Assembly (NCBI GenBank): GCA_963792585.1
Contig: CAWBWI010000003.1
Coordinates: forward strand, 736,001-800,000
From: Candidatus Eiseniibacteriota bacterium
Lineage (GTDB): Bacteria; Eisenbacteria; RBG-16-71-46; CAIMUX01; VGJL01
DNA: 64,000 nt
Direction of reading: 5' to 3'
The notes below the pieces were generated by a model that had not been told where the DNA came from, did not search any database, and saw nothing but the letters and a program-made list of their open reading frames with translations. Within the stretch, counting starts at the first letter, position 1, and each line of letters starts with the position of its first letter. A program made the translations under genes and the position numbers. Shown here in pieces: positions 1-10,400 of the stretch.

Positions 1-783
1 GTCGGTCGTGACGTAGAGCAGCGCCGCCCCTTGGCCGAGGAGCGCGATGCCTCCATAGCTGAACAGCTCCCGGCGGATCGGGGCGTCGCCGAGCCCGGGG
101 CGGGGGATCGCCGGGCCCACCACTCTCGCCCGCTGCGCCAGCACCATCAGCGTCACGAGTGAAAGAACCATGATCAAGTTGACGATCCATCCGTAGAGGG
201 TGAGGGTCGGCGTCAGGTAGTGGAAGCCGATCAGGATCAGCGGGATGCGGATCAGCTGCGTCAAACCGCGCAGGGCCGACAAAGCGGAGGTCTCCCCCGT
301 GGAGTAGGTCGGGACCTCGAGGATCGCGCCGGCGTCGCTCAGCCAGGTCGCGATCATGAGGAGCACCACGCCGCGCGATGCGTCGGGGATCATCTCCGCG
401 GGCAGATGGACGAACCTGCAGATCGGCCCGGCGAGAAAGATCCCGACCGCGAGGATCGGGATGCGAAGGATGATCCCCCACCAGAAGCCGGCCTGGTAGT
501 GGCGTCGCGCTTCGTCGAGCCGCCCGGTGTGGACGCGAATCGTGACGTGGCGGCGCATGGCCGACCCGAGTCCTCCCCGGAGGAGCACGAGGTACTCGAA
601 GACGGAGTTGACGGTGGCCATGATCCCGTACAGCTCGCGTCCGAGACCGTGAAGGATGAAGGGGGTGAGCGAGATCGCTACGATGAAGCTCGAGGCGCGG
701 GCGATCGCGGCCATCGCGGCATTCCGAATCGCGACGGGAGCCATCCCGCGGCGGCGCTTCGAGTTCGGGTCGGTCGCAAACAT
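1..783 (-). CDS. Wzx-like oligosaccharide flippase / polysaccharide export protein (3' end outside window)
   Basis: Own translation from the ATG at 783 gives MFATDP...SSFIVAISLTPFILHGLGRELYGIMATVNSVFEYL..., with many TM segments and the flippase-like 'LG.E.YG' N-terminus. It is absent from the ORF track because it runs off the edge. Confidence 0.8.
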   Translation of the reverse strand, partial: MFATDPNSKRRRGMAPVAIRNAAMAAIARASSFIVAISLTPFILHGLGRELYGIMATVNSVFEYLVLLRGGLGSAMRRHVTIRVHTGRLDEARRHYQAGFWWGIILRIPILAVGIFLAGPICRFVHLPAEMIPDASRGVVLLMIATWLSDAGAILEVPTYSTGETSALSALRGLTQLIRIPLILIGFHYLTPTLTLYGWIVNLIMVLSLVTLMVLAQRARVVGPAIPRPGLGDAPIRRELFSYGGIALLGQGAALLYVTTD

Positions 784-1022
784 CGATGCAGACTCTATCC
801 GTTCCGGACTCCGCCCGCCAAAGTGAATTCGGGATACGGGGCGGGTCGAGGACATCGTGTGAGCAGGATGCGGGCGGGGACGCGGTCCCGATGGAAGACG
901 GTTGCGATCCGACTGCGGGCCTCCGGCGGCTCGCATCCGACGGTGGGCCGGTTGCGCAACGGTCGCCGGATCGGGTCTAATCCTCCGGTTACCAGGAGGC
1001 CACGCGCACAGAGGAGGAGTCG

Positions 1023-2006
1023 ATGAGAAAAGCCGCCCGCCGACTCGCCGGCGCCCTCGCGCGGCAACTCGTTGGCGCCGAAGGACTGGCCCGCTTGGCC
1101 CGCTCGCGCGGCTATCGCGGTCTCGCGCTCAACTACCACGTCATGCATGCATCGTCCATGGAGACGCACCTCGACATCCTCGAGTCCCTCTTCGTCATCG
1201 TGAGCGTGGACGAACTGCTCGTCCGCGCGCGCGCTCCACGACAGGCAGGGGGCCGGATGCCGATCGCGCTCACGTTCGACGACGGGAAGCGGAGCAACCT
1301 GACCGAGGTCCTTCCCGTTCTCGAACGACGGGGCCGGCACGCGACCTTCTTCATCACCTCCGAGCCGAGCCGCACGGGCGGACTCCACTGGTTCGACCTT
1401 GCGCGACGGATTGAGAAAGCCCGGCGCGATCGCGAGTCTGCGGGCGCCGATCTCGCGCGATTCAACGTGCGGCGCGCCCTGAAGCGGACCGACGCCGCGC
1501 ATCGCAACGAGATGCTCGCGTCCATGGCCGCAGAACTCGGCATCGACGCCGTCCCGCGCGACGATGACGAGCGTCCTCTCTCGTCCGCGGAGGTGGCCGA
1601 GGTCGCGCGGCGCGGATTCACCGTCGGCTCGCACTCCGCGACCCATCCAATCCTGACCGAGGAGTCCGAGGAGCATGTGCGCACGGAAATCGAGCAATCG
1701 CGCCGCACGATTGGAGAGTGGATCGGCGCTCCCGTCCGTCACTTCGCCTATCCGAACGGCAACGCTTCCGACCTCACGGAGGCGATCACGCGAGGGGCCG
1801 GTTACGAGGCGGCGTGGACGACGCTCCAACTCTGGGTCGCCGCCGGGGAAAACGAGCACCGCCTTCCCCGCGTGCAGATCTTCGAGCGGTACGACAGGGG
1901 AGAGATCGCCCTGAAGGCAGTGTTGTCAACGATGCGCGTCCTGCCGAACGCCGACGGCACTGGGTACGCATATCGTGATGCCGGGCGCGGGCGGACGGCC
2001 TGGTAA
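1023..2006 (+). CDS. Polysaccharide deacetylase (CE4/NodB)
   Basis: Motifs LNYH, LTFDDG, GSHSATHP and FAYPNG; GAGGAG RBS. Confidence 0.9.
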   Translation: MRKAARRLAGALARQLVGAEGLARLARSRGYRGLALNYHVMHASSMETHLDILESLFVIVSVDELLVRARAPRQAGGRMPIALTFDDGKRSNLTEVLPVLERRGRHATFFITSEPSRTGGLHWFDLARRIEKARRDRESAGADLARFNVRRALKRTDAAHRNEMLASMAAELGIDAVPRDDDERPLSSAEVAEVARRGFTVGSHSATHPILTEESEEHVRTEIEQSRRTIGEWIGAPVRHFAYPNGNASDLTEAITRGAGYEAAWTTLQLWVAAGENEHRLPRVQIFERYDRGEIALKAVLSTMRVLPNADGTGYAYRDAGRGRTAW

Positions 2007-2013
2007 CGATTTC

Positions 2014-3129
2014 ATGATAGGATCTCCCGAGATGAACGCTGCGGCGCACATGCGAGAGGATCCCCTCTTCGAGGGGCTCGGGATCGCCGTGGTGGGCAAC
2101 TTCGCCCCCCGCGGCAGCGGCATCTTTTATCAGCAGGAAGTGCTCGTCGACAACTTCGTCGCGGAGGGTGCGACCTGCGTGCCGGTGACCTACCAGCAGA
2201 ACCGTTTCCTTCGGCCGATCGCCACCGGCTTGGAACTCCTGCGGCATCGAAGTCGCTACCGGGTCCTCTGCTGTCAAGGTTTCTCGAACTGGAACTGGAT
2301 CAACAGCGCGGTCGCGATCCTCACCGCGAAGCTCCTGCGCAAGCCGATCACGATGGTCTATCGCGGCGGGGGATTCGCAGCCTTCGCCTCGCGGGCTCCC
2401 TGGGCCGTCCTGCCGCTCCTGCGCCGCGTGGATCAGTTGATCGTGCCGTCGGGCTACCTCCACAGGGAGTTCGACAAGCACGGCCTGCGTCATCGGATCA
2501 TACCGAACGTCATCGAGCTCGACGGCTGGCCATACCGGCGTCGCGAGCGGCTCGCGCCGAAGCTCCTGTGGGTCCGCCATATCCGCCCCGGATACAATCC
2601 GTGGATGGCCGTCGAGGTCCTCGAGCGCGTCCGGCGGCGCTTCCCCGAGGCGACCTTGACGATGGCGGGCGACGGCAGCATGGAGGAGGAGATGCGCCGC
2701 CGCCTTCACGATGAGAACGTGCAGGGCGTCGAAATGGTCGGCCATCTTCCCCTCGTGCAGCTCCGCGAACGCCTCGCCGCCGGGGAGATCTTCATCAACA
2801 CGACCAATGTGGACAACCAGCCCCGCTCCGTCATGGAGGCGATGGCGTGCGGCCTGCCGGTCGTCTCGACGAACGTCGGTGGTGTTCCCTTCCTGATCGA
2901 CGATCGGGTCCACGGAATCCTCGTCCCGCCCCGCGATCCCGATGCGATGGCCGCCGCGGTGCTGGAGCTGCTCGATACCCCGGCGCTCGCGTTGAAGCTC
3001 GCCGACGCCGCGATCGAACTCGTCCGCTCCTTCTCCTGGGAGTCGAGCCGCCATCTCTGGCGGCAGGTCTTCGGGGACGCAGGAGTCCTGCCGGCTCGAG
3101 ATCCAGCGAGGGCGCGGCGTGCAAACTGA
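2014..3129 (+). CDS. Glycosyltransferase family 4
   Basis: IIPN motif and DNQPRSVMEAMACGLPVVSTNVGG GT-B signature. Start codon uncertain (1975-2050). Confidence 0.9.
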   Translation: MIGSPEMNAAAHMREDPLFEGLGIAVVGNFAPRGSGIFYQQEVLVDNFVAEGATCVPVTYQQNRFLRPIATGLELLRHRSRYRVLCCQGFSNWNWINSAVAILTAKLLRKPITMVYRGGGFAAFASRAPWAVLPLLRRVDQLIVPSGYLHREFDKHGLRHRIIPNVIELDGWPYRRRERLAPKLLWVRHIRPGYNPWMAVEVLERVRRRFPEATLTMAGDGSMEEEMRRRLHDENVQGVEMVGHLPLVQLRERLAAGEIFINTTNVDNQPRSVMEAMACGLPVVSTNVGGVPFLIDDRVHGILVPPRDPDAMAAAVLELLDTPALALKLADAAIELVRSFSWESSRHLWRQVFGDAGVLPARDPARARRAN

Positions 3130-3991
3130 ACCCAGACAGGTCCTGCTGAACTGCCTTGCCGGCACTCCGGCGTTCCGCCTGCTGCGGCGCGTGCGCGACG
3201 CGCGCAGAAGGCCGAACTACGAGGCGATCGTGCGCTACATGCTCGACCGGTTGCGGGTTCGGCGCGCATTCATCGGCGATGAGCGCATTGCCGGCGCGAC
3301 GATGCTCGAGATCGGATCCGGGAAGGAGTTCGGGCTCGCCCTCCTCCTGCTCGGGATCGGGGCGCGCCGCGTGGTGAATATCGAGATCGATCCGTACGGA
3401 TTCCTGAGGAACGCGGCCCTGTATCGGCTCCTGGTCGAGAAGGCGGCATCCGAGGGTGTGCCGCTCACCTGGCCGCCCGATGGCCTCCTCCTCGAGGGCG
3501 ATCGCGTCCAACCCGATCCGAAGCGGATCACCCTCTACCTCGGACGCTCTGCCGCGTCGATCCCCGAGAACGACGGGGCGTTCGACGTGACCTTCAGCGT
3601 CTCGGTGCTCCAGCATGTTCGCCGCAGCGAGGTGGCCCCCCTGGCGCGGGAACTCTTCCGCCTGACGCGACCCGGCGGGAAGGGGTACCACCGGATCGAC
3701 CTGGTCGATCTCTACCACAAACGGACCGAGCCGTTCCGCCACCTCTGCTACGCGCCCGAGCAGTACGAGCGGATGTACAGCCGCCGCGGGACCTACTCCA
3801 ACCGTTTCCGCACGGACGATTTCGAGAGGATCTTCCGAGAGGCCGGGTTCCGCGAGATCGACTTCGAGGACGTGCGCAAGGAGGACGCGGAGCGTTTCGC
3901 CCGCTGGCGGCCCTCATTCCACGAGGAATTCCGCAACAAGGATCCGGAGATCCTGAGGACGACGATCTGCATGCTCGTCGCGACCCGCTGA
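3119..3991 (+). CDS. Class I SAM-dependent methyltransferase
   Basis: MLEIGSG motif I, FDVTFSVSVLQH and LTRPGG. Confidence 0.85.
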   Translation: MQTEPRQVLLNCLAGTPAFRLLRRVRDARRRPNYEAIVRYMLDRLRVRRAFIGDERIAGATMLEIGSGKEFGLALLLLGIGARRVVNIEIDPYGFLRNAALYRLLVEKAASEGVPLTWPPDGLLLEGDRVQPDPKRITLYLGRSAASIPENDGAFDVTFSVSVLQHVRRSEVAPLARELFRLTRPGGKGYHRIDLVDLYHKRTEPFRHLCYAPEQYERMYSRRGTYSNRFRTDDFERIFREAGFREIDFEDVRKEDAERFARWRPSFHEEFRNKDPEILRTTICMLVATR

Positions 3992-3992
3992 G

Positions 3993-5159
3993 ATGAGCGA
4001 GATCTCCTGGCACCAGACGACGGCATCGGTCCTCCGGCTGCGCGCCGACTGGGATCGATGGTTGGACGCATGGGACGTCGTCTGCTCGTTCCTTCGATGG
4101 GACTGGATCCGGACGTGGCTGCGGGTCTACGCGAAGAATGCGCAGTTGCTCGTGGGCGTCGTTACGGAGGAAGGGGTCGTGATCGGCATCGCCCCCCTCG
4201 TGATCGCCCGCGAGCGGACCTTCCCCGGCGGACCGGTGGTTCGGTGCGTCCGCATGATCGGTGACGGGCCGCTTTGCCCGGATCATCTGGTCTTTCCGGT
4301 GGCGGCGGGACGGGGGGATCTCTTCGCCCACGCGCTCGTCGATGGGCTGCTCGCGCGTCAGGCAGAGTGGGACCGGATCGAGATCCGCGATCTCCTGCAA
4401 GAGCATCCCGTGTGGCAAGCGGTGGCGGCCGCCCTCCGAGCATCCGGGGTCCATCCGGTCGTCCGAACCAGGACCCACTGCCCCTACATCCCGCTGCCCG
4501 ATTCCTTCGACGCGTATCTCGAGACGCTCGGAACCAAGACGCGGAAGATGCTCCGCTATGGGTTGAAGCGTCTCGATCGGGAGTTGAACGTTCGGATCAT
4601 CGAGCCGACGTCCGTAGACGAGGTGGACCGCCTGGTGGCGCGCCTCGAGGTGCTCCACGGACGCGCGTGGAAGGCTCGCGGACGCCCCGGCGTCTTCGAA
4701 GACGAGGCATTCCGTCTTTTCCACCGCCTGCATGCCCGGCGCGCCTACCGGAGCGGCCGGCTGTGGCTCACGGCGATGAGCACTTCTGATCGCGAGATCG
4801 CGGTCCTGCTCGGTTTCGTGAGTCCGCGGGGGTTGCACTATTATCAGCTAGGTCACGACCCGGAGATGAGGGCGTACTCGGTTGGGACGATGATGGTTGC
4901 CTCGGTGATCGCCCGCGGGATCGCCCGCGGCCTTCCGGAGATGGATTTTCTGCGTGGGCAGGGCGCCTACAAGATGCACCTCACCCGCCACGAGAGGCGG
5001 GGCCATGACCTGATCGTCCACAGCGGGTCGACCGCGAATCGGGCGGCGAACGCCGTTCACGACCTTCGTGGCGGGGTCCGCACGGTGCTCAGGAAGACGA
5101 TCGGCAAGGATCGCGCACAGCGCCTGAAGCGCTGGATCGGCATCGATGAGAACAGGTAG
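3993..5159 (+). CDS. GNAT-family acetyltransferase (CelD/BcsL-like)
   Basis: GIAPL, CPYIPLPDSFDAYL, YYQLG and MDFLRG...YK motifs; polysaccharide operon context. Confidence 0.85.
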   Translation: MSEISWHQTTASVLRLRADWDRWLDAWDVVCSFLRWDWIRTWLRVYAKNAQLLVGVVTEEGVVIGIAPLVIARERTFPGGPVVRCVRMIGDGPLCPDHLVFPVAAGRGDLFAHALVDGLLARQAEWDRIEIRDLLQEHPVWQAVAAALRASGVHPVVRTRTHCPYIPLPDSFDAYLETLGTKTRKMLRYGLKRLDRELNVRIIEPTSVDEVDRLVARLEVLHGRAWKARGRPGVFEDEAFRLFHRLHARRAYRSGRLWLTAMSTSDREIAVLLGFVSPRGLHYYQLGHDPEMRAYSVGTMMVASVIARGIARGLPEMDFLRGQGAYKMHLTRHERRGHDLIVHSGSTANRAANAVHDLRGGVRTVLRKTIGKDRAQRLKRWIGIDENR

Positions 5160-6312
5160 GGACGCCATGGCTGCCGATCCGGTGCGCGCGCTGCTCCTCA
5201 TCGACACCCTGGGGCGGGCCGGAGCGGAGCGTCAGGCCCAGTTGCTCGCGCTCAACATGCCGCGGGATCGCGTCTCCTTCTGGGTCGGTTGCTTCCGAGC
5301 GCCCGAGGAATCGGAGCGCGCGTTCGCGGACCGGGGAATTCCCCTCCTCCGTCTATCGAACCGCCCGCGTAGGCTGTGGCCGCTCGTTCTGATGCCGCGG
5401 ATCGCCTCGTTCGTCGGAAGACATCGGATCCAGGTCATTCAGGGGTTTCTCCCGACGTTCGACGTTCTGGTGCCGCTGGCTCGGCTGTGGGCGCCGGCGG
5501 TGCGGGTCAGCGTGAGCCGCCGGAATGTCGACGATCAGCTCTCCCCGAGGATCCTGCGCGACGTGCGATTCGCCGGGCGTCTCGCCCACGCGATCGTCGC
5601 GAATTCGGAAGCGGTCGCCGTCAGCGTCCGCAGATTCGAGGGAGATCCCGGGAACAAACTCCGCGTCATCCCCAACGGGGTCGTCATCCCCGAGCCGATC
5701 ACGCCCGCGGAGCGGGAGAATGCCCGCCGTCGATTTGGCCTGAAGCCCGGGGAACTCGCGATCTGCTATCTTTCGCACTTCCGCGACGGCAAGGGACATC
5801 GGTATCTTCCCGAGTTCGCGGAGCGCGTCCTGCGCGAGGTCCCGCATGCCCGATTCCTCCTCGCGGGGGATATGAAGAACAACCGGGTCTATCGCAGGAA
5901 CGCCGAAAGTTTCCGGTCGTCCGTCGCCGCGATGGGACTGGAACAGTACTTCTACAGCCTCGGCATCATCGACGAAAGTCGTGATCTCCTGGCGGCGACC
6001 GATGTATCGTTGAACCTTTCCGACGTGGAAGGAATGAGCAACTCCTTGATGGAGTCGATGGCGCTCGGGGTGCCCGTCGTGGCGACCGATGCGGGAGGGG
6101 CGCGCGAGATGATCACAGACGGGATCGAAGGGGCGGTCGTTCCGCGGGGCGAGATCGCCGCCGCGGCGTCGCGCTTGATCGCCCTCGCAAGCGATCCCGG
6201 CGCCCGCGCCCGCGCGGGCGAAGCCGGCCGCGCGCGGATCGCCCGCGATTTCTCGATCGAGCGGATGGTCGACGCCTACGCGCGGCTCTACGAGGAGTTG
6301 GCGGGGCGGTGA
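5146..6312 (+). CDS. Glycosyltransferase family 4
   Basis: GAERQ, VIPNGV and EGMSNSLMESMALGVPVVATDAGG. Confidence 0.9.
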   Translation: MRTGRDAMAADPVRALLLIDTLGRAGAERQAQLLALNMPRDRVSFWVGCFRAPEESERAFADRGIPLLRLSNRPRRLWPLVLMPRIASFVGRHRIQVIQGFLPTFDVLVPLARLWAPAVRVSVSRRNVDDQLSPRILRDVRFAGRLAHAIVANSEAVAVSVRRFEGDPGNKLRVIPNGVVIPEPITPAERENARRRFGLKPGELAICYLSHFRDGKGHRYLPEFAERVLREVPHARFLLAGDMKNNRVYRRNAESFRSSVAAMGLEQYFYSLGIIDESRDLLAATDVSLNLSDVEGMSNSLMESMALGVPVVATDAGGAREMITDGIEGAVVPRGEIAAAASRLIALASDPGARARAGEAGRARIARDFSIERMVDAYARLYEELAGR

Positions 6313-7406
6313 GCCGGACGATACGACAGGCCGCCCGCTGGATCGCGGCGGGAACAGCCGGGGGTCTCGGTATCGTCGCCGGGCACGGCCGGAAGCGCAG
6401 GCTCGGTGGGCGTTGGGGGGTCATCCTCCGCTACCACCGAGTGATCCCTCCGGAGGAGCCGCTCGCCCCGTACCGGATGGGAATCGGGGCCGACCTCTTC
6501 GCCTCGCAGATGGCCTGGCTCGCCGAGAGCGGCCGCGTCGTCTCCCTCGATGAGTTCCTCCATTGGAAGGGCTCGGAGAAGACGCCTCCGCAGGATCTCT
6601 TCGTCCTGACCTTCGACGACGGCTATCGCGACAATCTGACCCACGCCGCGCCGATCCTGAAGGGGTTCGGCATGCCGGCGACCTTCTACATCACCGCGGC
6701 CTGCCTGACCGAGCGGATGCCCTTCTGGCCCGAAGTGCTCTCCCAGATCGTCCGCCTCACGTCGGCGCGCTCGCGGGCCGCTACGATCGACGGACTCGGG
6801 ACGGTGTTGCACCTCGACACGCCCGAGGTCCGCACGAAGACATGTCTCATGTTGATCGACTGGCTGCGCAAGCTGCCGTCCGAGAGGATCTCCGAGGAAC
6901 TGGGAAGGATCGCGGAGATCCTGCAGGTGGATCCGGACCGGGCGCGGAAAGCCACGCCGCCGGTTCTCTCGGCGGAAGACTTGCGTGCGCTCACGGCGGA
7001 TGGTCACACGATCGGTTCACACACGGTGACCCACCCCTACCTCGCGGCGGAGACGGTCGAGGTCCAGCGCGTGGAGATCGAGGACTCGCGCCGCATTCTC
7101 GAGGAGGCCGTGCGCGGATCCGTCCTCGATTTCTGCTACCCGGGCGGAGGTTATACGGCGACGACGCGCGGTCTCGTCGCGGCGGCGGGGTACCGATCCG
7201 CGACGACCTCCGATCTGGGTATCGCGGGACCGGGGGACGATCCCCTCCGCCTGCCGCGCGTGGGCGTCGGCGAGGGACTCACGCGCGGCCCTTCCGGAAG
7301 CTTCTCGCCCGCCCTGATGCGGGCGGAAACCTCCGGATTCTTCGCGGACCTCTATCGCAGTCGGCGCGCGCGCCGCGCGAAGGGATCGCTTACTTCCGCA
7401 CCGTGA
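6309..7406 (+). CDS. Polysaccharide deacetylase (CE4/NodB)
   Basis: LRYHRV, LTFDDGYRDN, GSHTVTHP and FCYPGG. Confidence 0.9.
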   Translation: MSRTIRQAARWIAAGTAGGLGIVAGHGRKRRLGGRWGVILRYHRVIPPEEPLAPYRMGIGADLFASQMAWLAESGRVVSLDEFLHWKGSEKTPPQDLFVLTFDDGYRDNLTHAAPILKGFGMPATFYITAACLTERMPFWPEVLSQIVRLTSARSRAATIDGLGTVLHLDTPEVRTKTCLMLIDWLRKLPSERISEELGRIAEILQVDPDRARKATPPVLSAEDLRALTADGHTIGSHTVTHPYLAAETVEVQRVEIEDSRRILEEAVRGSVLDFCYPGGGYTATTRGLVAAAGYRSATTSDLGIAGPGDDPLRLPRVGVGEGLTRGPSGSFSPALMRAETSGFFADLYRSRRARRAKGSLTSAP

Positions 7407-10400
7407 TCTTGCGCGTGTAAGCGCGCTCCTCGATTTCCACCCTCAGCAGGTAGATACCGGAAGCGGCCGCCGGGCCGTCCCACGCGTAGCTGTGAGGACC
7501 CGCGTCCTCGTCACCTTGGTGCAGAACGCGGAGGATCCTTCCCGACAGATCGTAGACCGTGACGCGAACCGATCCCGATCGGGCGAGCGTGAGGGGCAGC
7601 TCAAAACGCCCGCCCGACGGGTTCGGGAACGGCTCCCCGATCGCCGTCGGAGACGGCACGACCGGGTTCAAGGACCAGCTGACGGAGATCGGGTCGAAAC
7701 GCCGCTCGTATCCGCGCGGAGAGACCGCGACGATCCGGTAGAGATACTCGCCGGGGGGGAGGGCCTCCTCGAAGAGGAACGGCCCCGTTCCGTCGAGCAA
7801 TTCCGTCGTCCGCGGAGCCCATGTCACCCCTCGGTCATCCGAGCGCTCGACCGCGAATCCGGAGAAGCGATCGACGGAGGAGGCCGACCAGCGCAGACGC
7901 AGAGTGCGCGCGCCGCTCGCGAGCGCCGAGTCGAACGCGGCGGTCGAGACGACCATCTCCGTGACGACCGGCAGGAAGGCGTCGAGGGCGACGCTCGCCT
8001 GCGCCTCGGGGCTGGGCGTCGAGAGATTTCCGGCGGCGTCGCGCGCGGCGATCGCATAGGCATAGATGAGGTCCGGCTCGACCGATCGGTCGACGTAGGA
8101 AGTCGCCCGGAGTCCAGCCATCTCGATCCGATCCCCGCTGCCGACCTCGCGACGGTAGAGGACGTACTCGACGACGTCCGGATCGATCGACGCGTCCCAG
8201 GCCACCTCGATTCGATCCTCGACGCCGGCGGCGATGGGCCGCGAGAGAATCGAGGGCGGACTCGTGTCATCCTGCAGCGGGGTGTGGGCCCACCCGTCCA
8301 CGGAGATCGGCGAGAGATTGCCCGCCTCGTCGCGCGCGCGCGCAGCGAAGTGATAGTCCGTGTCTGGTGTCAGGCCGGTGATGGTGAGGAATTCCACGGT
8401 TCCCGGCAGGCCCGGCGTAAACGGGACATCGACCGGGATCGCGGCGTCCCAGCCCGCCAGGTCGATCGCAGCGGACGACCGGCGGACGTCGTAGCTCGTC
8501 GCCCGTCCCTGGTCGCCATCGTCGCCGACTGCGGTCCAGGTGAGACGGATGGACGTCGGCGACAACGCCGCCGCCGCGAGATCGTCCACGGGCGCCGGCG
8601 GCACCTGATCCGAGGGCGGTTCCGGGATCGTGTCGGTCTCGGCCCAAACGACGTTCGAGACCGCGGAGAGGTTACCGGCCGCATCGCGCGCCCGCACCGC
8701 GAAGGCCAGACGCGTTCCCGGTTGCAGTCCGGTCACACGCGTCGACTCGGCCTCGCCGGGAGCGGTGGGACTCGGCAGACCATCGATCGCCGCGGCCTGG
8801 TTCCAGTTTGCCTCGTCGATCGTCTCGCCCGAGACGCGCAGATCGTAGGCGGCGCAGCGGCCGCGATCGTCCGCGGGCGCCGTCCATCGCAGGGTGACCG
8901 AGGTCGTGTCGGCTCCGGCGTCCGCGAGGTCCGTGACCTGCGCCGGCGCAACCGTGTCCGGCAGCTCGGGAGTGACCACGGACAGGGAAACGGAGATCGG
9001 GCCCGCATTGCCCGCGGCGTCGATCGCGCGCAGCGCGAAGTAGTACTCGGTCTCGGGATCGAGGCCGTCCACCTGCAACGATTCTTCCGTACCGACGATG
9101 GCGCACGGCTTGATGGGGAGGACCGGCACCGCATCGTCCCACTTGCCCGCGGTGATCTGTCCATCGGATCGACGCACGTCGTAGTGGTCCGCGGTCCCTT
9201 CAAGCCCGTCGCCCCCCGGAGCGATCCACCGAATCAAGGCGGTGGTCGGTCGCGCGGAGACGAGCGCGAGGTCCCGGATCTCGCCCGGCGCAATCGCGTC
9301 GGGAAGTCCGTCCTGCGGCTGGGTCGCCTGCTCGGCGACGTTCGAGGTCTCCGACCATTGACCTCTCGCGTCGCGGGCCCTCATCGCGAAGTAGTAGCGG
9401 GTGTCCGATGCCAGGCCTGTGACGACGGCCTGCTGCAGCGTCCCGGGCGCCTCGGGATCCGGCGGCGCGATCGCGTGGCCGGCGTCCCAACCATCCCCGT
9501 CGAGGGGCACGAGCGCGAAGCGAATCTCGTATCGATCGACCTCGGGCGCATCGACGCAATCGGCGGGAATGCTGTCCGCCGGCGCGTGCCAGCGGAGCGT
9601 GACACTGCTTTGCGTCGGGTTGATCGCCGCCAGATCGAGGATTCGATGCGGAGCCAGCGTGTCGGGCGCCGACGTCGTGGCGACCTGCAGGACCGAACCC
9701 AGCGGCGCGAAATTCCCCTCGGCGTCGCGCGCGCGCAGCGCGAATGCATACGATGTCGCGGGCTCGAGTTCGATCACCGTGAGCGCCTGCGCGCCGCCCG
9801 GAGGCCCCGGCGCGGGAGGATTCGGGATCAGCGTCGCCGACTCCCACGTCGTCTCATCGAGCGGGCCCTCGCTCATGCGCCCCTCGTAGGAGGCGACGGG
9901 ATCGCCGTCGTCGTCGGCGGGCGCGGTCCACGCGAGGCCGATCTGCCGATGTGCGATCGATGCCGCCGAGAGGTCGGTCACGGGAAGCGGGGGCGTTCCA
10001 TCGGCGGGACGCGCCGTCATCGCCGATCCCGGATTGGAGAGGCCGCTCCTGTTTCCATCGTCATCCAGAACATCGAGGGCGAAGAAGTACTGCGTCCCGG
10101 GCAGGAGTCCGGAGACGACGAAGGTCTCGCCCGCGCCGGAAACTTCGGGGGTTGGCTCCTCGGTCGCCTGCGTGGCGGTTTGCCACGTCTCTTCGGTGAT
10201 CTCGACCGTCGAAAAACGGACATCATAGACTGCGGCGCGACCCGCGGTGCTGTCATCCCCCGTGGCGGTCCAGACCAGGGTGACGGAGTTGGTCGTGGGG
10301 AGCGTCGCCTGGAGATCGTGCACCCGCGCGGGGGACCACGCATCGGGCGCGCGCGGCGTGCGTCCCGAAGGCGAGTTGGAGACGCCGCTCGAGTTGGGGA

